Source: Zygophlyctis sp. KS116 (Eukaryota; Fungi; Chytridiomycota). Taken from it: a stretch of DNA of 32,000 nt. Both the position numbers and the translations under genes were made by a program. Within the stretch, counting starts at the first letter, position 1; the number at the start of each line of letters is the position of its first letter. Shown in pieces: positions 21,595 to 32,000 of this stretch. Under the pieces are notes generated by a model, which did not search any database, was not told the DNA's origin, and saw only the letters and a program-made list of their open reading frames with translations. Location: positions 30,001-62,000 of the forward strand of contig BAAFSQ010000019.1 of NCBI GenBank assembly GCA_054661495.1, in the 5' to 3' direction.

Positions 21595-22119
21595 TTATAT
21601 TTTTATAACAGAATAAGTCTCTGCAGGTAAGTTATTTTTCCCTTTTAAGTCTACTAGTTCAACAATAAAGATAAACTTTGACACATTAGCACCTGCTAAT
21701 TTAACCAATTTAGCTGCAGCCTCTGCTGACCCTCCAGTAGCAATCAGATCATCAATTATAATGACATTACTATTTGGCGCAATAGAGTTTATAGACATTT
21801 CAAAATAATCTGTTCCATATTCCTTTTCATAACCAACTTTTAGAGTTTGACCAGGCAATTTCCCAGCCTTACGGACAGGAACAAAAGAGACTCCACATCT
21901 ACTTGCGATCCAAGGCCCCAACAAAAATCCTCTAGAATCTAGCCCGACAATCACATCTGGCTTTGCTCCTGATGATAGGATATAATGGACAATATGAGTA
22001 ACTAAAGTTTCAGCAGCCAATGGATCCTGGAAAATAGGAAAAATATCCTGAAAGAGAATCCCTGGCTTTGGAAAGTCTGGAACAGCAACTAGTTTAGATT
22101 TAAGGAATTCAACGTCCAT
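21595..22119 (-). CDS. APT1: Adenine phosphoribosyltransferase (intronless)
   Basis: Motifs PDFPKPGILFQDI, GLDSRGF, VRKAGKLPG, YEKEYG and IIIDDLIATGGS. Confidence 0.96.
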   Translation of the reverse strand: MDVEFLKSKLVAVPDFPKPGILFQDIFPIFQDPLAAETLVTHIVHYILSSGAKPDVIVGLDSRGFLLGPWIASRCGVSFVPVRKAGKLPGQTLKVGYEKEYGTDYFEMSINSIAPNSNVIIIDDLIATGGSAEAAAKLVKLAGANVSKFIFIVELVDLKGKNNLPAETYSVIKI

Positions 22120-22146
22120 TTGCGTCCGTTAAAGTCCAGGGCTTGC

Positions 22147-22942
22147 ATGTCGCTGGAAACTCAACAAACGATTGTTTTACATTCTGCCGAATACACTGAA
22201 AATGAAATTGTATCTACATGTCAGATAGATCCAATCAAGCCGATCGCAGAGTTGGATCGGTTGTCAGATCGTGATCTCTCGTTAGTGTTTGCATTGAGGA
22301 ATACCAAGAATGAAAGCTACAAAAAGGTATTCGAGACTCTATATTTTGCCTTTCGGATAAGGAGGATCATGCCAGTCAAGGTTGTTTATTTAGAGGAAAT
22401 TCTGTTGGAATCAAACTCTGAATTAATTTATAAAATGTTAAATGTGCATCATGATCTAGTAAAGGAAAATGATCATGTAAATATGAAAAGTTGGATTGGA
22501 CTTTTATCTGTTTATGGGATGACTTGGGATATTATTCACTCTTTATATGTACATGATTCTATTGTTTTAGGTAAGGATATTTCTAAGATTAGAAGAACAG
22601 ATTCATGGACAAGATGTCGTGTTTGGTTCAAGACATCAGGATTGTGTAATGACGAATGAATCGATAATAAAAAAAGTATCGGTCAAAATTCAAAAGTATT
22701 TACTGCTCTTAAGTACAAAAGATTTGGGATTTTGGTTAGAATTTGAAGTGGATTGTACAATGGAGGATTTAAAGTTTGTTTCAAATGCATGCATAGATCA
22801 GGATTGGGTCAAAGGTATTAATTGATCTTTTAATGCTTATTATTTAGATGATTTCCTTTATTCAAATGATAGACTAGTAGTTGTATTTAAGATGGAATTT
22901 GGAGCGGATGTTTTAGTTGTGATTTCACGTCTACGTCATTGA
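22147..22942 (+). CDS. Hypothetical protein (~245 aa, 3 exons)
   Basis: Introns 22571-22595 (or 22571-22592 via a tandem acceptor) and 22815-22847 join the ORF pieces in frame to TGA 22940-22942. No recognised motif; start codon uncertain. Confidence 0.55.
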
Positions 22943-22974
22943 ATTCGACGCGCTTCGGAACTTTCTTTACAAAA

Positions 22975-25900
22975 ATGGCAACTATCGGCAGTCAGTCTGC
23001 TCTTCATCGCTCAAACCAAAACATTCATGATAATGATACAAAGAAAAAAGCTGCTTTGGCAGGTAACGCCGCCAAAGAAAAGCGTGGATTGTTGGATGTT
23101 AGACACAAGTATCTCTTGGAAAAATTTGCCACGTATCTTGATGAGAAACCATCTACTCTTGAAAATGCATTCATTTTGGGTAATAAGCTAGAGACTGTAA
23201 ATGAATTTTTCAGTGAAAATGGCTCAAAAAAAGTATTAATGTATTGGCAAGCTCCAACAAAGGTATTTAAGCTGATGTCTGATAATTAATAGGATGAAAT
23301 AAAAGCTACTGGAAGTCAAGCAAAAACTCTCGTAGTGACTTTATCAGCAAAAGAAATGTTTACTGGAATGGGTTGTTTTTTTGTGAGAACGACTAATAAA
23401 GCATTAACGACTGCAAATATTTTTCAAGAAGTTTCTTTTGGACCTATCAATGCCAATATTTTGCCATCACTTACAGCCATGGTAAAAAATCTTATATTGC
23501 CAGCATTGAATGCACAAGAAAGCTGGGGTGTATTAACTAGAACTAAAGATGAATCTGTTAAATCATTCATGGAAGTCTTGGAAAAATTTGTATCTGATTT
23601 ACAAGTCGCCATGTTAAACTTGCAAGACAGTGTACAGCTAAACCCATGTAATACAGATCTTGACGAGTACAAAAAACCTACTGATTACCTCAATGTCTCT
23701 CATAATCCAGAAGTTGTCTCGTCTCTGGAAGGTAAATTTTATTTGTTGACATAAGGATTGGTAACTGAATGGTGTAAACAAATCGAGCAAGTTCTTGCCG
23801 AAAGTGAACAGATGAGGAAAGAAGCTGATGATATTGGACCAAATGCAGAATTAGAACACTGGAAAGCTAGAATGGTTAAATTCAATAGCATAACAGATCA
23901 ATTGAGAAGTCCTACCTGTAAAAAAGTAATTGGTATTCTCAATGCAATTAAGTCTCGCGTTTTAATGAAGACTTGGAAAGAATTGGATGACCGAGTAACG
24001 GATGCTGCCAATGAATCAAAGGTAAACATTTATAATTTTAATCTTTAGGACAATGTTAAATATTTGTATACTCTTGAACGATTTTGTGAGCCTCTTTCAA
24101 GATCAGACCCTATTGGAATGATACCAGCGATTCCGGGATTAATCAATGCTATTAAGATGATATATAGGTATTTAGATTGTAAAATCTCATAAATAGCATT
24201 TCGCGCTACTACAATACAAGTGAGCGCATGACTTCTCTTTTTGTTAAAATCACGAATCAGATGATTACTAGCTGTAAAGAATATGTCTACAAGGTGAACC
24301 CAGATAACTTATTTTTTAGGATGGTGGCTCGTCTATCTGGGGATTGGATCGCCATATCTTAATTAAAAAGCTTTTGGAATGTGTGAAGTTAAATGAGGCT
24401 TATCAAAGATGTTTTCATGATGTAAAGGTGTGTTTTTATCATTTTATGGAAGAAAAAATTACAAGAAACACCCCACGAGAAGCAGTTTGATTTCTCCGAG
24501 ATGTATATATTTGGGAAGTTTGATGCTTTTTGTAAAAGAATACAAAAGGTGATCGATATGTTTAGCATCATTGATAAGTTTTCACTTTTGGAAACTTTAG
24601 GAGTTGAAGGCATGGATTCTATGAACAAAAAATTTAATACTATCTTGTCTGCTATGCAGCGCAAGCCTTATGAAATTCTTGATCATAGAAAAATGGTATT
24701 TATTTAACAGTAAATGATAGGAGTATGATGCTGACTACAATAGCTTTAAGAAACAGATTAGTGATTTAGAGGGAGTTATACAGCAATTTATCGACTCATC
24801 TTTTGATCACATTTCTAGTACTGAACAATCTTTAAATCTCTTGAAAAAGTTTAGCCAGATTAAGGATATGCAGCTCAATCTCGAGTCTAAATATCACGCT
24901 GTGTTTGTTCATTATACTCGAAGAGATTTAGAAGGGGTGCGTAAGCTTTATCAAAAATTTAAAGATTCTCCCTCCATCCCAAGAAATATCCCTCCTGTAT
25001 CTGGTGCAATTGCTTGGGCAAGGCAGCTATATAGAAGAATTGAGGTTCCTATGAAAATCTTTAAATCAAATTCGATGGTATTGGAATCTCTCGAAGCCAA
25101 GAAGCATATTAGAAATTATAATAAACTTGCAAGGGCCCTTATAGAATTCGAGGTATTTTTTGCTAATTTTATTTTAAGCTTCTATGGTATAAAGCGTGGT
25201 ATTCAATAGTGGATGAGACCAAAACGGGACTCCAAGCTACCTTATTCGTTGCTGACAATCATGGAAAAATATTCGTAAATTTCGATTTCAACATCATCCA
25301 GTTGATAAAAGAAACACGATATTTACAGCGGCTCGGATTTGAAATTCCTGAAGCTCTTACAAATATATGTCTAAAGGAAACATACTATAAAAGTTTGTTT
25401 TCATCCCTTTCCTCACTTTTATTGCTGAAAAAGGACCTTTACGGTGAGAGAAATTTAACATTAATAATTTAGGGCGTGTGTCAACAATCATTCTTAAAGC
25501 AATGTCGAGTCATATATCAGAGCTTGATAAGACTCTTCAACCTGGACTAACGTCACTGACATGGTATTTAATAATGGTTTTATTTTTAGGACCTCATTAA
25601 ATCTGGAGAACTTTCTATCGGAAAATAATAAGCAGCTTTTACAGGTGCAAGAAGTTGTCGAAAAGGTCTTGGATATTTTTGAGTGCCGCATTGAAAATGG
25701 TGTCAAAAGAATAGCCGAAACTGCTCTTTGTGAGGTGCCGACAGAATCTGAACAATGGCAAGTTGACGTTTTTTTGGACAAAATTGACAAAAGATGTCAG
25801 TTGGTTCTTCAAACTATTGCTACAAGAAGTAATCTTGTTGAATCGGCTGTCAGAGACGTCATTTCTATCCTATCTAAAAATGCAAATGTCATTGATAATC

Positions 25901-28900
25901 CGGATTTGAGGTTAAGCCACGAAGCCGTTTATTATTATGCCAATTCACTTAATTTGGAGGCTCTTGTTCAGTGCACCAAAGGATCACTAGACTTACTGCG
26001 AGCAAGACTTGGGACATATGCAAATGTCCAGTATGGTAAACAGCCTCTGCAGAAGGCTTCCTTTAAGACTGAAATATTGCTTTTGATACCTAACGTTGTT
26101 CTCCAACCTAAACTGGAAGACGTTCAAGCTGCGTTAAATAAGGCAGCTGTAATGATTGTGGACGTCTCCAAGAAATTAAATCTGAACTGGAGAGTTTTTT
26201 TGGATTCTCCTGATGATGCTGCAATAGCCAATTCTCCTGAAGATACGTCACAGATTGCAAACAACAAAGATGTCTTAAAAGTGATTTTGACTCTCAGCTC
26301 CGCTGTAAACTCAATTAAAAAAGATGTTGAAACTCACAAAGAACAATTTATGAAATATGACTCTCTCTGGAAAGATGATAAGTCTGAAACAATTGCAGCC
26401 TTTCTGCAACAGAAACCCACAATACCAGATTTCGAGAATGAAATCAACAAATATGAGTTTATTGAACGAGAAATCCATGAAATCCCCAATTCTACACAGA
26501 TTGGTCTGTTAGTTATTTCAGCGGAGCCTTTGAAATTGGCTCTGATATCCGAAACTAAAGAATGGAAGCAACAGTATGGAGCCAACTTGAATAGGAAAGT
26601 CAAAAAAGATATGGAGGAATTAATCGATCTTATGGAAAACAAGACTATACGTCTAAGTAGAAAGATCAATGATATTGATGATCTTCGAATGGCCGTTCAA
26701 ACTCTGGGTGAAATTCGTGAAGCTGAAGTAGATATAGATATGAAGGTAGCGCCGATTGAAGAAGCTTATATACTTCTGAACCGGCACAATGTTTCAGTCA
26801 CAAGAGAAGAAACTGAAATGGTGGACTCACTTCGCTATAGCTGGAAAAAATTAAAAGGTTTAGTGATTGATACTCAAGCACATCTCCTCAAGATTCAACC
26901 TGTATTTAAGGGAGAGTTGGTTGCATCTGTACAAAAGTTTACTCAAGATGTCAAGGAGTTCTCATTCGAATACAATGAATCAGGCCCGATGCAAGCTGGA
27001 ATTGCTCCAAAAAATGCTAGCGAACGACTTGTCGTTTTTCAAAGATCATTTGACGAGCTCAATAGAAAGTGGGAGACATACTCTGCTGGTGAGGAGTTAT
27101 TTAGTTTACCTGTTACGCCTTTCCCATCCCTTTTGAAAATTAAGAAAGAGTTAAAACTTTTGCAAAATCTCTACTCACTATATAATGATGTTCTTGAAAA
27201 AAGGGCAGGATATAATGAGACATTGTGGAGTGATGTGGATTTGGTCAAGATTGCTAATGATATGACTGATTTCCAAGCTAAAATAAAAAAATTACCCAAA
27301 GCTTTAAAAGATTGGGACGCTTTCAACGAACTCAAAGGAATAGTAGATAACCTTGCTGATATGGTTCCTCTTCTAGAAATGATGAGCCATAAAGCTATGC
27401 AGACTAGACATTGGGATTCAATTCAAAGCTTGACAAAAACTCAATTTAATTTAGACCCAGAGATGTTCTATGTCAAAAACTTATTGGATGCCCCTCTCAA
27501 TAATTTCCGAGAAGATATTGAAGACATTTGCACCGCCGCAGTAAAAGAAGCAGATATTGAAGTTAAACTCAAAGCCGTGGTGACTGAATGGGAAGACAAA
27601 ATCTTCACTCTTGGACAGTTTAAAACCAGAGGCAATTTGATATTGAAACCATCGTCAACTTCAGAAATTATCTCTCAAATGGAGGATAGTTTAATGACAT
27701 TAGGTTCTCTACTGAGTAATCGGTATAACGCTCCATTCAAGCCCACAATTCAAAAATGGGTTCAGAATTTGAGTACTGCATCTGAAGTTATTGAAAACTG
27801 GCTTGGGGTTCAAAATTTATGGATTTATTTAGAGGCAGTATTTGTTGGAGGAGATATAGCCAAGCAGATGCCAAAAGAGGCCAAAAGATTCAGTAATATA
27901 GACAAATCTTGGTGTAAGATTATGGGACTTGCAAATGAAAATCCTAATGTGATTCAATGTTGCGTCTTAGATGAAACTATTGCCGGTCTCTTACCTCTTT
28001 TGACTGAACAGCTGGAATTATGTCAAAAATCTCTGTCTGGTTATTTGGAATCTAAGAGAGCAATCTTTCCTAGGTTCTTTTTTGTTTCTGATCCAGCACT
28101 TTTGGAAATTCTCGGTCAGGCCAGTGATTCGCATACTATCCAAGCCCACTTACGCAGTGTCTTTGATAATGTGAACGCAGTTCAGTTTCATGATAAAGAG
28201 TATGACAAAATTTTGCGCCTAGAATCTGCAGAAGGAGAAAAAATATCACTGACCAAGCCTATGGTCGCCCAAGGAAATGTTGAGCTTTGGCTGGGCACCC
28301 TATTGAAATCGATGCAGCTTTCAGTGAACGATATTATACGCGAGGCAGCTTCCAGAGTGAATGATATGCAGACACAGAAATTTTTAGATGAATATCCAGC
28401 TCAGATTGGGCTTTTATGCTTACAAATACAGTGGACACAGCAATGTGAGGAAGCCCTTACTCTGGCCAAAACAGACAAGAAAAAGATGGCATCTGCAAAT
28501 CAGAAGATTACTGAGATTTTAAATATTCTTATTGAACAAACTACCAAGGATCTTACTAAAATGGATCGTGTTAAATATGAAACTTTTATTACAATTCAAG
28601 TTCATCATAAAGATGTTTTTGAGAAATTGCTAAAATCTCACGTTAAAGCAGTTGATGATTTTGAATGGCTCAAGCAGGCTAGATTTTATTGGAATGAAAC
28701 AAAAGACTGCTGTAAGGTTTCGATCACAAATTTCGATTTCATTTACCAATGCGAGTATTTAGGCTGCACAGATCGTTTGGTCATTACCCCCTTAACTGAT
28801 AGATGCTACATAACTCTTGCTCAAGCTTTAGGTAATATTTCTAAAACTCATTTAAGGTATGTCTCTCGGTGGATCACCTGCAGGTCCTGCTGGAACTGGT

Positions 28901-31900
28901 AAAACTGAATCTGTTAAAGATTTGGGGAAAAATTTGGGTAAATGGGTAGTTGTGTTTAATTGTTCTGATCAGATGGATTATCGTGGACTGGGGAGAATAT
29001 ACAAAGGTCTTGCCCAAAGTGGGTGCTGGGGCTGCTTTGATGAATTCAATCGAATAGAATTACCGGTCCTTTCTGTTGCAGCCCAGCAAATAGCATGCGT
29101 TTTCGCCGCTCGAAAAGAAAGAAAAACCTTATTTGTTTTTACAGATGGGGAGACAGTAGATTTGAATCCTGAGGTTGGTCTTTTCATAACAATGAATCCT
29201 GGTTATGCAGGTCGTGTTGAACTTCCGGAAAATTTGAAGGTTCATTTTAGATATGTAGCGATGATGGTCCCTGATAGACAGATCATTATCCGGGTAAAGC
29301 TTGCTGGATGTGGTTTCCTTAGCAACATTATACTAGCTAAAAAATTCTTTGTCCTTTATCGGCTATGCGAAGAACAACTTTCTAAACAAGTTCATTATGA
29401 TTTTGGGCTGCGAAATATTTTGTCGGTTTTACGTACTTGCGGCTCTGTCAAGCGTTCTAATCCTCAAGACAGCGAAAACCAAATTCTGATGCGTGTATTG
29501 CGGGATATGAATCTTTCAAAACTGGTAGACGAGGATGAGGCATTATTCTTAAGTTTAGTCAATGATCTTTTCCCTGGAATGACGGCAGTTAAGGCAAGCT
29601 ATCCAAACATAGAAGCAGCTATTGAACAGCAACTTACAGAATCTAATTTAATTGTTCATCCTCCTTGGGTCTTGAAAGTAATTCAGCTCTATGAGACCTA
29701 TAGAGTACGTCATGGTATTATGGTCCTAGGTCCTACTGGTACAGGAAAAACGAAATGTATCAATGCTTTGCTCAAGGCTCTAACCGCATGTGGTGAACCT
29801 CACAAAGAGCTTCGAATGAATCCAAAAGCTATTCTGGATTATCAAATGTTCGGTAAACTTGATGTTGCTACAAATGATTGGACAGATGGAATATTCTCTT
29901 CACTCTGGAGAAAAACACTGAAGAAAAAGGGAGAATATATTTGGATTGTATTAGATGGGCCAGTAGATGCCGTTTGGATTGAAAATTTGAATTCTGTTCT
30001 AGACGATAACAAATGCTTAACATTAGCAAACGGTGATCGAATTTCCATGAGTCCTACATGTAAGCTGATTTTTGAAGTTCATAGCTTGCGAAATGCAAGT
30101 CCTGCAACAGTTTCACGCTGTGGTATGATTTATATTGGTGTCACAGCTCTAACATGGGATGTCCTGCTTCAATCATGGTTTAAGACCCGTGCGCCCGCAG
30201 AAATATCTATTTTGGAGCCATTATTTAACTATTCATTCAACTCAGTGAACACTTTCTTTCAATTTGAATTGCATCCAAAAATGATTATTGCCCGAGTAAA
30301 TTATTTGGTTAATACTACTATTTTGATCGCTGGACTGATTCCTAAATGTGAAGGCAATAAACTCCAAATATCCACAGATCACCTTTCCCGTGTATTTACG
30401 TTTGCTCTTTTCTGGGCATTTGGAGCGTTGCTTGAACTAGACGAAAGAAAACGGCTTCAAACATATATGCTCGAGAAACTGCCCGACTTACAATATCCTA
30501 ATTTTGATTCCAATAGTTTGGATACATTTTATGAATATTTTGTTGATGATATTGGTAATTGGGCGCATTGGAAAAGTCGAGTTCCAGATTGGATTTATCC
30601 ACAAGATTCTACTCCTGACTTTTCTAGTATCATAATTCCGATGGTCGATAATATACGGACAGAATATTTAATGAACGTAATTACTAAGCAAGGCAAACCG
30701 GTACTATTAATAGGTGAACCAGGAACGGCTAAAACAGTCACCAACAAAAAATATATTGCAAAATTAAACCCTGAAACGCACCTATCAAAACAGTTATCTT
30801 TCTCTTCAGCGACAACACCTGGGATTTTTCAGCGGACCATTGAAAGTTACGTTGACAAGAGAATGGGATCCACTTATGGACCTCCAGCTGGTAAAAAGAT
30901 GACCATTTTTATTGATGATATAAACATGCCCGAAATTAATACATGGCAAGATCAGATCACCGGGGAAATAGTCCGTCAGTTAATGGAACAACAAGGATTT
31001 TATTCATTAGATAGGCCTGGTGATTGGACCAGTATTGTCGATTTGTCATTTTTGGCAGCAATGATGCATCCTGGAGGAGGTAGAAACGACATACCGAGTC
31101 GTCTAAAGCGTCAATTTGTTGTCATAAACTGTACAATCCCGTCTGATACATCTGTCGATAAAATTTTTGGGACGATCCTTCAAGGGCATTTTTCGCAAAG
31201 TCGCGGTTTCTCAGAAGAAGTTATTTCGTTGGCCGAAAGGCTGGCGCCCATAACTAGAAAGCTTTGGCAACAAACTAAAATAAAGATGCTTCCAACTCCT
31301 GCTAAATTTCATTATATATTCAATCTTCGCGATCTCAGCCGAATTGTTGAAGGGATGTTGAATACAAAGGCAGAATGTATAACAAACAGTAAGATTATGA
31401 TTCAGCTTTGGGAACATGAATGCTCTAGGGTACTGCCGGACCGGTTTGTTCATTCCGACGATGTCGACTGGTTTAGTAAAACTATGGTGAACTTAGTTCA
31501 AAAAGAGCTTGGTGACGAATTTTCACAGGCTGTGGCAACTAAAAGCTTCTTCGTTGATTTTCTTAGAGAACCTCCTGAAGTTGAAGATCCAGAGGTAGAA
31601 ATTGATTTAGAAGCGATAAAAGTATATGAGAAAGTACCATCTTTTGAAGTACTTCGAGCTCGAATCTCAGATTATATGCGCCAATATAATGAATTTATTC
31701 GTGGATCGAAAATGGGTAATCTATACTTCGGTTTAATTCACAGATCTTGTACTTTTTGAAGATGCAATGAAGCATATCGTTAGGATATCTAGAATAATCA
31801 GAACTTCGCGTGGAAATGCTCTTTTAGTAGGTGTTGGAGGCTCTGGAAAGCAATCTTTAACTAAGCTTGCTTCATTTATAGCGAAAGCGCAAGTATTTCA

Positions 31901-32000
31901 AATTGCTATTTCTAAAAATTATAATCAGACCAATCTTTTGGAGGACTTAAAAAATCTTTACAAAATATCTGGGATACAAGGAAAGGCCATTTCTTTTATT
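22975..32000 (+). CDS. Axonemal outer-arm dynein heavy chain, DNAH5/DNAH8 (gamma) type; continues beyond window
   Basis: AAA1 [12 protein letters not shown]...[46 protein letters not shown]; AAA2 GPTGTGKT; AAA3 GEPGTAKT; AAA4 GVGGSGKQS. Twelve introns: 23263-23292, 23732-23755, 24022-24048, 24168-24196, 24294-24319, 24428-24452, 24696-24720, 25153-25178, 25444-25472, 25564-25589, 28832-28856, 31716-31743. Confidence 0.95.

Overview
AT-rich, extremely compact eukaryotic DNA in the standard genetic code. It is most consistent with a flagellated (chytrid-type) fungus, since it has a fungal Nha1-type antiporter plus an axonemal outer-arm dynein. I reconstructed 12 genes and one pseudogene by hand: a Ki-67-repeat-like protein (5' end off-window), BOS1, UTP25, SMC2, OXP1, an F-box/ZnF-UBP/DUSP protein, NHA1, a frameshifted intronless P-loop ATPase, a SAXO5/TEX45-like protein, MNL1/EDEM, APT1, a hypothetical protein and a DNAH5/8-type dynein heavy chain (3' end off-window). 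The ORF track is fragmented because the genes carry about 58 ultra-short GT-AG introns, nearly all 23-30 nt. These have degenerate donors, frequent AAG acceptors, skipped proximal AGs and a 7-nt microexon. Intergenic distances fall to 0-7 nt, and one convergent pair probably overlaps. The ATPase sits between two identical 324-bp copies of host sequence (14647-14970 and 16610-16933), each continued inward by much older decayed, collinear remnants of the neighbouring genes. All gene models, family calls and counts are manual readings without database searches.
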